From sequence record DRR723986_4829: a stretch of 46,310 bases of DNA. The stretch is one strand, 5' to 3'. Made by a program: the position numbers and the translations under genes. The notes under the pieces were generated by a model. That model worked only from the letters and a program-made list of their open reading frames with translations. It was not told the origin of the DNA and made no database searches. Shown here one piece after another: positions 17,198-25,569 of the stretch. Each line of letters begins with the position of its first letter. The first letter of the stretch is position 1.

Positions 17198-18052
17198 TTG
17201 CAGGACAAGCACGTAGTCATCACCGGCCCCACCTCGGGTATCGGACGAATCAGCGCCCTGCGGCTTGCGCAGGCAGGCGCCAGCCTGACCCTGTTGTGCA
17301 GGAGTCCGGAGAAGGGTGTCAGTTTGCAGCAGGATATTGTCGCAGCCGGCGGTGAGGCGCCGCGAGTGATCATCACTGACCTGGCATCCCTGGGCAGTGT
17401 CAGGCAGGCGGCTGAGGAGATCATCAAGCTTGGGCGACCGCTTGATGTGCTGCTGAACAATGCCGGATTGGTGAATAACAGCCGGCGGGTAACTGCCGAC
17501 GGCTTTGAGGAAACCCTCGCGGTCAATCACCTGGCCCCCTTCCTGTTAACCGGTCTGCTGTTGCCGAGTCTGGCAAGGGCGGAATCCGCGCGTATCGTCA
17601 ATGTCGCCTCCAATGCCCACCACTTCGTGCGCGACATGGGCTTTGACGATCTGCAGGCGGAGCAGCGCTACCGTACTTTTCAGGTCTACGGGCGGTCCAA
17701 GCTGGCAAATATCCTGTTCACCCGCGAGTTGGCTCGCCGCCTGTCGGGCACTGGGATTACCGCCAATTCGCTGCATCCCGGGGCCGTGGCTACCGGCATC
17801 GGCACCCAGAACGGTGGGCTGGCGGGAAAGGTCATCCCGCTACTGCTGAAACCGTTCTTCCGCAGCCCTGAGAAGGGCGCAGAGACCTCGATCTACCTGT
17901 GCATGAGTGAGCAGGTCGCTGGCGTGTCCGGAAACTATTTTTACAATTGCCGGGCGATTGAGCCCAAGCCCTGGGCAATGGACGATGCAGCCGCGCAACG
18001 GCTGTGGGAGTACAGCGAACAGGCCGTGGATTTTCACTACGCGCCCCTATAA
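17198..18052 (+). CDS. Short-chain dehydrogenase/reductase (retinol dehydrogenase/WWOX-like)
   Basis: TGPTSGIG, LLNNAG, YGRSK, LHPGAV; TTG start after GGAGG RBS. Confidence 0.92.
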   Translation: MQDKHVVITGPTSGIGRISALRLAQAGASLTLLCRSPEKGVSLQQDIVAAGGEAPRVIITDLASLGSVRQAAEEIIKLGRPLDVLLNNAGLVNNSRRVTADGFEETLAVNHLAPFLLTGLLLPSLARAESARIVNVASNAHHFVRDMGFDDLQAEQRYRTFQVYGRSKLANILFTRELARRLSGTGITANSLHPGAVATGIGTQNGGLAGKVIPLLLKPFFRSPEKGAETSIYLCMSEQVAGVSGNYFYNCRAIEPKPWAMDDAAAQRLWEYSEQAVDFHYAPL

Positions 18053-18067
18053 CAAAGGAGAACACCC

Positions 18068-19195
18068 ATGCCCGTTACCGGCTTACAGATGCGCTCTCTG
18101 GTGCGCGAAGACTACACCCTGGAAATTTCCCTGGTTGAGGTGGAAGTGCCTGATCCAGGTCCCGACCAGGTCCTGGTGCGTATCGAAGCGGCGCCGATCA
18201 ATCCCTCAGACCTCGGTCTGCTGTTCGGACCTGCGGATCGAAGCTCTATCGCAGTGTCCGGTACGGCCGAACGGCCTGTTGTTACCGCGACCATTCCCGA
18301 GGCCGGGCGTCGCCTGGTGGAAGGGCGGTTGGGCCAGTCCCTGGCCATCGGCAACGAGGGTGCCGGTACGGTGATCGCTGCCGGCGAATCCGAAGCCGCA
18401 CAGGCCCTGCTGGGGAAGACAGTCGGGATGTTTGGCGGCGAGATGTATGGCGAATATCGCTGTATCAACGTGTTTCAGTGCCTGCCGCTTGAGGAGGGCA
18501 CGACGGCAGTTGAGGGTGCATCCTGTTTTGTGAACCCCATGACCGCCCTGGGAATGGTTGAAACCATGCGCATGGAGAACCACAGTGCGCTGGTCCACAC
18601 GGCGGCCGCCTCCAATCTTGGCCAGATGCTGAATCGTATCTGCCAGCAGGAGGGCGTCGAACTGATCAATATCGTGCGCAAGCACGAACAGGAAACGCTA
18701 TTGCAGGGCATCGGCGCTGCGCACGTGATCAATTCGTCCTCAGATACCTTTATCCCGGAACTCACCGCCAAGCTTGAGGCTACCGGCGCAACCCTGGCCT
18801 TCGACGCTATCGGCGGCGGTAAACTGGTCAGCCAGATTCTGTCCTGTATGGAGGCGGCCGCGGTCAAGCGGATGAGTGCGTACAGTCGCTATGGCTCCGA
18901 TGAATACAAGCAGGTCTATATCTACGGAGCGCTGGATCTGTCACCGACGCAGCTCCATCGCAACTTCGGCTTCAGCTGGGGTGTGGGCGGCTGGCTGCTG
19001 ACGCCTTTCATGCAGCGCGCGGGTATGGACAAGGTCATGGCGATGCGTCAGCGCGTCGCCAGCGAGATCCGGACTACCTTCGCCAGCCATTACAGCGCGA
19101 CCGTGTCGCTGTCCGCTGCGCTGGATGCGGAGGCCATCGCCGGCTACGGCAGGCAGGCAACCGGTGAGAAGTACCTGATTCTTCCCCAGGGCTGA
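18068..19195 (+). CDS. MDR-family NAD(P)H oxidoreductase (Zn-independent, enoyl reductase-like)
   Basis: AAPINPSD, GNEGAG, FVNPMTALGM, TAAASNLGQML; AAGGAG RBS. Confidence 0.88.
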   Translation: MPVTGLQMRSLVREDYTLEISLVEVEVPDPGPDQVLVRIEAAPINPSDLGLLFGPADRSSIAVSGTAERPVVTATIPEAGRRLVEGRLGQSLAIGNEGAGTVIAAGESEAAQALLGKTVGMFGGEMYGEYRCINVFQCLPLEEGTTAVEGASCFVNPMTALGMVETMRMENHSALVHTAAASNLGQMLNRICQQEGVELINIVRKHEQETLLQGIGAAHVINSSSDTFIPELTAKLEATGATLAFDAIGGGKLVSQILSCMEAAAVKRMSAYSRYGSDEYKQVYIYGALDLSPTQLHRNFGFSWGVGGWLLTPFMQRAGMDKVMAMRQRVASEIRTTFASHYSATVSLSAALDAEAIAGYGRQATGEKYLILPQG

Positions 19196-19204
19196 CCGGG
19201 GCGA

Positions 19205-20113
19205 GTGCAGCAGCCGGGAGCACGCCATTGGCTTATGCTGGGATACCTTACGGTGTTCTGGGGGTTCGCTTTCTACCTGATCGCCGTTGGTCTGCGGGGT
19301 TTCCCGCCGCTGACGCTGGTGCTGCTGCGCCTCGCCATTGGCGTGCTGGCCTTGTACCCGGTGATGCGCTGGCAGGGCGGGCGGCTGCCGCGGGACCCGC
19401 GTTGGTGGCGTCGCTTTGCGGTCTTGTCTGTGCTCGGCAACCTGCTCCCATTCTCGCTTATCGCCTGGTCGGAAACCCGGATCAGCAGTGGGCAGGCAGG
19501 ACTGCTGATGGCGCTTATGCCGATCAGCACCGTATTGCTGGCGCATATTTTCGTTGCCCATGAGCAGCTCTCCCGGCGGCGCTTGCTGGGTATTGCGCTG
19601 GGTTTTGCCGGGGTGATGATCCTGGTGGGTGGCGACACCTTGCGCCAGTTTGGCGGGGGCCAGCTGCTGGCCCAGCTCGCGGTCATCGCGGCGACCCTTG
19701 CCTACGCGACGAACGCGGTCTACACCAAACGCTTGCCGCACATTGACACGCTGGTGGTGGCGACCGGGTCCCTGCTCACCGGGGTGGTCATGTTGCTGCC
19801 GCTGGTGCTGGTCATTGAGCAGCCCTGGCGGCTAAGCCCGGGCGCCGGACCCTGGCTCGCTGTGGCAGCGCTGGGTGTATTCTCCACGGGTCTCGCAACC
19901 TGGGTTTACTTCCGGGTGGTGTCCGATTGTGGTCCGGCCTTCATGTCGATTATCAACTACATGATACCCGCCGTGGCCTTCGCCGCCGGCGTATTGTTCC
20001 TGGCGGAACCGGCCAGCTTGCCGCAGCTGATCGGCCTGTTGGTCATTTGTGCGGGTATCGCCCTGAGCCAGCCGCGCCAGCCCAAGGTCGCTCCACTTTC
20101 TGAAAACGGTTGA
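19205..20113 (+). CDS. DMT/EamA family transporter
   Basis: Two EamA repeats (WGFAF..FPPLTL..RL; SIINYMIPAVA..LAE), about 10 TM. Confidence 0.92.
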   Translation: MQQPGARHWLMLGYLTVFWGFAFYLIAVGLRGFPPLTLVLLRLAIGVLALYPVMRWQGGRLPRDPRWWRRFAVLSVLGNLLPFSLIAWSETRISSGQAGLLMALMPISTVLLAHIFVAHEQLSRRRLLGIALGFAGVMILVGGDTLRQFGGGQLLAQLAVIAATLAYATNAVYTKRLPHIDTLVVATGSLLTGVVMLLPLVLVIEQPWRLSPGAGPWLAVAALGVFSTGLATWVYFRVVSDCGPAFMSIINYMIPAVAFAAGVLFLAEPASLPQLIGLLVICAGIALSQPRQPKVAPLSENG

Positions 20114-20152
20114 TCTGGCGCAAGGTTGGCCAGGGGCTGATTGGCGTATTCT
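20110..20152 (+). promoter_or_regulatory. FNR/Anr/FixK-type box with -10 element upstream of DUF1330 gene
   Basis: TTGAT-CTGG-CGCAA (20110-20123, 8/10 to consensus) centred 30.5 bp upstream of the first T of TATTCT (20147-20152). Confidence 0.5.
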
Positions 20153-20183
20153 GCTTACCTCGCAGGGTTGGGCAGGTGAGAGA

Positions 20184-20474
20184 GTGGCTGCGTTTGCCAT
20201 CATGGATGTCGAGATTCACGACATCGCCCAGTTTATGGACTATATGCAGCAGGTACGTCCCCTGCTGGATGCGGCGGGTGCCCGCTACCTTGCCCGGGGT
20301 GGTACTTTCAAGGTCTTCGAAGGCAACTACCAGCCGCAGCGCCTGCTGCTACTCGAGTTTCCGTCAATGGAAGCGATTGAGCGTTTCTGCAACAGTGAGG
20401 AATACCTCGCGCTGCGTGCCGAGCGTGATCGTTGCAGCGTCACCTGCCTGATCGGAGTGTCCGGCACAGGCTGA
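20184..20474 (+). CDS. DUF1330 protein
   Basis: GARYLARGG..FEG..LLEFPSME..SEEY signature. Confidence 0.9.
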   Translation: MAAFAIMDVEIHDIAQFMDYMQQVRPLLDAAGARYLARGGTFKVFEGNYQPQRLLLLEFPSMEAIERFCNSEEYLALRAERDRCSVTCLIGVSGTG

Positions 20475-20511
20475 GCTGTTACCCGCCTGTGCTGCGGGGT
20501 AAACTCACCGT

Positions 20512-21369
20512 ATGCTGAAATTTATCCTGGTTATAGCGGTTGCCGCGCTTGTCGCGCTGGCAGGCAGTATTGGCGGTGTGCGGGTTTACGACATGCCGGT
20601 GCCGGTGCTGGTGCTTTGCGCCGGCCTGGCGTTCCTGGTGCAGTGGCTGGCTTTCCTGCCGGCCTATGCCCTGCAGACAGAAAAGTTCTACGACCTGACC
20701 GGCAGTCTCACTTTTCTCCTGCTGACCCTCGTTGCCCTGGCTGCGGCCCCCGTTGCCGACAACCGGTCCCTGTTACTTGCAGCCTGTATCGTCGTTTGGG
20801 CCCTGCGCCTGGGCAGTTTTCTTTTTATCCGGATTTTGCGCGATGGCGCCGATGAGCGATTCGCCCGGATCAAGCCCAATCCGGTCAGCTTCCTGTTCAC
20901 CTGGACCTTGCAGGGCCTGTGGGTGTTTCTTACCAGCGCCTGCGCCCTGGCGGCAATCACCAGTGGCAATGCGGTAGCGCTGGCTAGCTGGGATATTGCG
21001 GGTCTGCTGCTCTGGGGAGGCGGGCTGTTGTTGGAGTCGGTGGCTGATTATCAGAAGCGCCGCTTTCGACGATCTCCGGGAGCCGAGGGATTTATCAGCA
21101 CGGGTCTGTGGCGCTACAGTCGGCACCCCAACTACCTGGGTGAGATTCTCCTGTGGTGCGGAGTGGCGCTAATTGCCTTGCCGGCACTCAAGGGATGGGC
21201 ACTGGTAACCCTGGTGTCCCCGGTTTTCGTCTATCTGCTGTTGACCCGGATTAGCGGTATTCCACTGCTGGAGCGGGCGGCAGAGCGGCGCTGGGGCGAT
21301 CAGCCCTCATACCAGCGCTACCGGGACAGTACGCCGCTGCTCATGCCCCGGCTGTTCGGCAAATCCTAG
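20512..21369 (+). CDS. DUF1295 membrane protein (steroid 5-alpha-reductase-like)
   Basis: EKFYDLTGS, WALRLG, ADYQK, FISTGLWRYSRHPNYLGE, SGIPLLE. Confidence 0.9.
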   Translation: MLKFILVIAVAALVALAGSIGGVRVYDMPVPVLVLCAGLAFLVQWLAFLPAYALQTEKFYDLTGSLTFLLLTLVALAAAPVADNRSLLLAACIVVWALRLGSFLFIRILRDGADERFARIKPNPVSFLFTWTLQGLWVFLTSACALAAITSGNAVALASWDIAGLLLWGGGLLLESVADYQKRRFRRSPGAEGFISTGLWRYSRHPNYLGEILLWCGVALIALPALKGWALVTLVSPVFVYLLLTRISGIPLLERAAERRWGDQPSYQRYRDSTPLLMPRLFGKS

Positions 21370-21932
21370 CCGACGAATATCGGCATGCCGGCAAACCAGG
21401 GGTGGAGGTGCATCAGCACCACCACTACGACCGCGGTGATGAGCGCGCTGGTGATGTCGGTAGACAGGGGCGGGTTGGCGTCCTTGATCCACACACCCTC
21501 CCGCCGATTGATCAGCAGGATTTCCAGGAGTGACCACAAGCCCAGCACGCCGAACAGGACGACCGAGCGCGAATCGCCGTTCATCAGCAAATGCGCAACA
21601 GCCCAGATCAGCACGCCGGTCAATTGTGGATGACGAATGAATTGGCGCAGGCGCGATTTGCGCTGGCTGATAACAAATAACCAGAAGGCAAGGCAGACCA
21701 GGGCGATACCGGGCAAGCGCAAGTCCAGTGGCGGGAGATACAGCTGCTGTGGTTGCGCACTTCGCCAGCCGATCACAATGAGCGCGAGACTCCCGACGAG
21801 CAGCAGCGAGAACACGCCCTTGTAACCATTTTCACCCAGTTTTTCCTGTGATCGACTGCGGGCGTCGGGCATCAGGGCTGGAAACAGGTGTACCAGCGCA
21901 AACAGCAAGACACCAAGAATCAGTAGCAGCAT
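21366..21932 (-). CDS. NnrU family membrane protein
   Basis: LFALVHL, YKGVFSL, IRHPQLTGVLIWAVAHLLMNGD, HPWFAG. Confidence 0.88.
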   Translation of the reverse strand: MLLLILGVLLFALVHLFPALMPDARSRSQEKLGENGYKGVFSLLLVGSLALIVIGWRSAQPQQLYLPPLDLRLPGIALVCLAFWLFVISQRKSRLRQFIRHPQLTGVLIWAVAHLLMNGDSRSVVLFGVLGLWSLLEILLINRREGVWIKDANPPLSTDITSALITAVVVVVLMHLHPWFAGMPIFVG

Positions 21933-22054
21933 GGCAATTCCTCACGCGGTCGAATCCGCTGCACCAAGCTTAGCACCCTGCCGGGATCGGCTGAACCTGC
22001 ACGAACGCGGTCAAAAACGGCTATCATGCGCGCTTGCCAATGACGGAGGACACC

Positions 22055-23803
22055 ATGAAGGGCCGTATCATACTTTCCATTTTCCTGGCCTGGGCCGGCC
22101 TGGCACAGGCTGACCCGGCAGCAGAGCTGCAGGCCGTGATCGAAGAGCATTGGGCCTGGCATCTCGAGCAAAGCCCGGAAACCCGCACCGCCCGCGGTGA
22201 TTCATCCGCCAATGACCGGTGGACAGATATGAGCCTGTCGGCTTTTATCGAGCGCGATGCACAGCGTGGGGAATTCCTGCAGCGCCTGGAGGCCATCGAC
22301 CCCGAGCTACTGTCAGCAGAGGATCGCCTCAACCAGCGCATGCTCAGCCGTCGCCTCGCGGAATCGCGGGAATCTCATGCCCAGGGCCTGCACCTGATGT
22401 CGATCAGTATGCGCGGCGGGCCACAGTATCGGTACACCATCCTCGAGCGCACCCCGATGCAGTCCGAACGGGATTACCGCAACTGGATCGCTCGTATGCA
22501 GGCCATTCCGAGCTTGCTGCGCCAGCACACCGAGCTGCTGGAAGAGGGGATAAACCGGGAGCGTGTCCAGGCCCAGGCTGTGTTGCAGCGCGTCCCGGGG
22601 CAGTTGGACAAGGTGGTCGTGGCAGACCCGGCATCCAGTCCGTTCTATAAGCCCTTCCGGGAATTTCCGGCGAGCTTTGACCAGCAGTTACAAGACGAAT
22701 TGCGCGCCACCGCTCGCAGCGTCATCGCCAACCAGGTGACGCCGGCTTACCGTGAGTTCCGCGATTTTTTTGTCACCAGCTACCTGCCGGCAAGCCGGCA
22801 ACAGCCTGGAATTGGCAGTCTGCCGGGGGGCGAGGATATTTACCGCTTCCTGGCCCGGCATTTCACCACCACCGATATGACACCCGAGGAGATCCACGAA
22901 ACCGGTAAGCGCGAGGTAGCACGGATTCTGGCCGAGATGGAGGTGGTAAAGGACAGTGTTGGCTTCGAGGGCGACCTGCAGGCCTTTAATGAGTTCCTGC
23001 GCACCGATCCGCAGTTTTATTATGACTCGCCCGAGGCCTTGCTGGAGGGCTACCAGGCGGTGAGCAAGCGCCTTGATCCCGAGCTGGTCAAGCTATTTGG
23101 CAAGTTGCCCCGGATGCCCTATGGCGTGAAGCCGATACCCGAGGAGACCGCGCCTGATACCACGACCGCCTATTACCACCGACCGGCGGCAGATGGCAGC
23201 CGGGCAGGGTACTACTACGTCAACCTGTACCGTCCGGAGGTGCGCCCCAAGTATGAGATGGAGGTACTGAGCGTGCACGAGGCGGTGCCGGGTCACCACC
23301 TGCAGATCGCGCTGGCCCAGGAGCTCGAGGAACTGCCGGAATTCCGCCGCAGCAGCGGTGTCACGGCCTTCATTGAAGGCTGGGGTCTGTACTCCGAGCG
23401 GCTGGGTTACCAGATGGGCCTGTATCAGGACCCGTACTCACGCTACGGCCAGCTCACTTACGATATGTGGCGCGCGGTCAGGCTGGTGGTGGATACGGGT
23501 ATTCACTACTTCGGTTGGAGCCGGCAGGAGGCAATCGATTATTTCATGCTCAATGCCGGCAAGACCGAGACCGACATCGTCAATGAGATCGATCGTTACA
23601 TCGGCTGGCCCGGCCAGGCGCTGGCCTACAAGATCGGCCAACTCAAGATTCTTGAGCTGCGTGCCACGGCGGAACAGGCTCTGGGTGAAGCCTTTGACAT
23701 CCGCGCCTTCCATGATGAATTGCTCGGTGCCGGCGCGATCCCGCTGGACGCGCTGGAAGCGAGGATGTCCGCCTGGCTGGCCCGCCAGCAGGCGCGGGGC
23801 TGA
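22055..23803 (+). CDS. DUF885 family exported protein (metallopeptidase-like)
   Basis: Signal peptide; HEAVPGHHLQ, AFIEGWGLYSE, RAVRLVVDTGIH, EIDRY..PGQALAYKIG; GGAGGA RBS. Confidence 0.93.
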   Translation: MKGRIILSIFLAWAGLAQADPAAELQAVIEEHWAWHLEQSPETRTARGDSSANDRWTDMSLSAFIERDAQRGEFLQRLEAIDPELLSAEDRLNQRMLSRRLAESRESHAQGLHLMSISMRGGPQYRYTILERTPMQSERDYRNWIARMQAIPSLLRQHTELLEEGINRERVQAQAVLQRVPGQLDKVVVADPASSPFYKPFREFPASFDQQLQDELRATARSVIANQVTPAYREFRDFFVTSYLPASRQQPGIGSLPGGEDIYRFLARHFTTTDMTPEEIHETGKREVARILAEMEVVKDSVGFEGDLQAFNEFLRTDPQFYYDSPEALLEGYQAVSKRLDPELVKLFGKLPRMPYGVKPIPEETAPDTTTAYYHRPAADGSRAGYYYVNLYRPEVRPKYEMEVLSVHEAVPGHHLQIALAQELEELPEFRRSSGVTAFIEGWGLYSERLGYQMGLYQDPYSRYGQLTYDMWRAVRLVVDTGIHYFGWSRQEAIDYFMLNAGKTETDIVNEIDRYIGWPGQALAYKIGQLKILELRATAEQALGEAFDIRAFHDELLGAGAIPLDALEARMSAWLARQQARG

Positions 23804-23818
23804 TCGCGCAACCCCGGC

Positions 23819-25291
23819 TCAGGCGCTGGCCCGGTAGGGTAGTGCCGCTACCGCCGAACGCCCGAGGCGTTCGGCATATTGTGCTTCCACCTCGTGACAG
23901 GTTTTGCGCACACTGTTGATGTCGTCCGGGTAGATTGGTGACAGCACGGTGATGCGTATGGTGGCGGGGCGGATAAGAAAGCCGCCTTTGGGCAGCGCGT
24001 CTTTCACATTGTGCAGAATGATGGGGACAATCGGCACCCGCGCCTTTTTCGCCAGCAGGAAAGCGCCGTGCTTGAACGGCTGGATGTTGCCGAGGGTGCT
24101 GCGGGTACCCTCCGGGGCGATGACCAGCGAGCGTCCACTGTGCAGGACGTCCAGCGCGCGCGCCAGTACCTCGCGCTGGTCCTGCTGGTCACGGTCAACG
24201 AATATCGTGTCGACCTGGCGCAACACCGGGCCCAGCACCGGGTTGTTCGCCATTTCCTTCTTGCACAGCGCTACCACGTCCTCGCGCAGGATGTGAGCCA
24301 GTACCATCGCGTCGAGCAGGCTTTGGTGGTTGAAGGTATAGATAGCGGGCCGCTCCTTGCGGAGGTTCTCCAGGCCCTCGATTTCAAAATCGAGGCCTGC
24401 AAATCCGCTGCCTACATCACCGATAAACCGGGTCAGGGCGTTGGCGTTGCTCAGGCTGGCCAGGCCAAAGCGCTTACCGACAGCGCTGGCCACCGTGGTT
24501 GCGGCGACGGATTGCGCAGTCAACACCGTACGCACAATGTGCTCGACTCTCGGCGTTCCCCGAGAGCCGAAGTCCAGTTGGGTCCAGCCTTTCGCTCTCG
24601 CATGTGCCGCCAGGCGGTCTGAGGGATTGACGGCGACTGCATGTCCGACGTCGCGCAGCAGCGGCAGGTCAGCGCTGGAATCCGTGTAGAACCAGGCGTT
24701 CCTGAGCTTTGCGCCCAGCTGTTTGCTGACCCTGCGGGCGGCCAATGCCTTGCCCTCGCCGTAACACATGGGCGTAATGACCTGACCGGTGAAGCGGCCG
24801 TCGACGACCTCCAGCCGGGTACAGCAGATCCGGTTGATCCCCAGTACGCGGGCGATTGGTTCCGCCTGGTAGCGGGTTGCCGCAGTCACCATGACCAGCT
24901 CGTGGCCGGCACTCCGGTGAGCCTCAACCAGGGCGATCGCTTCCCGGTACAGGCTGCGAGCGAGAATATTGCGATAGGCGGCACCGCCGAGTTCTTCCAG
25001 TGTGGTTTCCTCCACCCCGGTCAGCACTCTGGTAAGGCGCCGGACCACCCGGTGGTAGTTGCTGCCGCTGCGCTGGGCTCGCTGGCGCAGCAGGTCGCGC
25101 ACCAGTTTCGCTGACTGCCTGAACTGGCCACGGCCAGCCCCGCGTCGGGCGGTTTCCCAGGCCAGGGCGAGAATCGAGTAACCCGCGATCAGGGTGCCGT
25201 CCAGGTCGAAGAAGGCGAGCTGTGGTTCCGCGCCTGGCCCGGCAGGTGGTCCGATGGCGGCGATGTGTTGCTCTAGTGCTGAGCGGCCCAT
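23819..25291 (-). CDS. Bifunctional HAD-IB phosphatase / 1-acylglycerol-3-phosphate acyltransferase (SerB-PlsC-type fusion)
   Basis: N-terminal FFDLDGTL, VTAAT, GEGK, YTDSSADLPLL; C-terminal NHQSLLD (HX4D), FVDR, PEGTRS, FKHGAF. Confidence 0.92.
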   Translation of the reverse strand: MGRSALEQHIAAIGPPAGPGAEPQLAFFDLDGTLIAGYSILALAWETARRGAGRGQFRQSAKLVRDLLRQRAQRSGSNYHRVVRRLTRVLTGVEETTLEELGGAAYRNILARSLYREAIALVEAHRSAGHELVMVTAATRYQAEPIARVLGINRICCTRLEVVDGRFTGQVITPMCYGEGKALAARRVSKQLGAKLRNAWFYTDSSADLPLLRDVGHAVAVNPSDRLAAHARAKGWTQLDFGSRGTPRVEHIVRTVLTAQSVAATTVASAVGKRFGLASLSNANALTRFIGDVGSGFAGLDFEIEGLENLRKERPAIYTFNHQSLLDAMVLAHILREDVVALCKKEMANNPVLGPVLRQVDTIFVDRDQQDQREVLARALDVLHSGRSLVIAPEGTRSTLGNIQPFKHGAFLLAKKARVPIVPIILHNVKDALPKGGFLIRPATIRITVLSPIYPDDINSVRKTCHEVEAQYAERLGRSAVAALPYRASA

Positions 25292-25344
25292 AGTGGTCTC
25301 CCTCTGGCTTAAGCCAGCAAACAGGATGGTGTCGACTTACTCAC

Positions 25345-25361
25345 AGCAAAAACTTTGCCAG
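25345..25361 (-). promoter_or_regulatory. Sigma54 (-24/-12) promoter for the HAD-acyltransferase fusion
   Basis: Minus strand CTGGCAAAGTTTTTGCT = TGGCA..TTGC with exact GG-N10-GC spacing, about 55 nt upstream of the ATG. Confidence 0.75.
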
Positions 25362-25465
25362 TGCCTGGAAATCGTAACTTGTGCCGATTACAGCGGATTT
25401 ACAGCTTGCATGATCGGGAATAAGTCACAGTCGGCATGATCCGCTGCCGGCGTGCCGCCCCTGGT

Positions 25466-25502
25466 CGCACCAACACGGTGCCCGCCGGGCGAACATGGTG
25501 CA
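25466..25502. promoter_or_regulatory. Tandem NtrC-type enhancer sites
   Basis: cGCACCAACACGGTGCc (25466-25482; GCACC-N5-GGTGC dyad) and cgggcgaacaTGGTGCA (25486-25502; one perfect half site), centres 20 bp apart. Confidence 0.65.
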
Positions 25503-25569
25503 TTTGCCTGCCCCGTCGGGGTCAGGGATCTTCGTAGCCAGCAACAGGGTGCTTGGGTAATATGACGCC

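Noticed and set aside
25362-25440. IHF site between the NtrC boxes and the sigma54 promoter
   Set aside because: Region is relatively AT-rich but I found no convincing WATCAA-N4-TTR match
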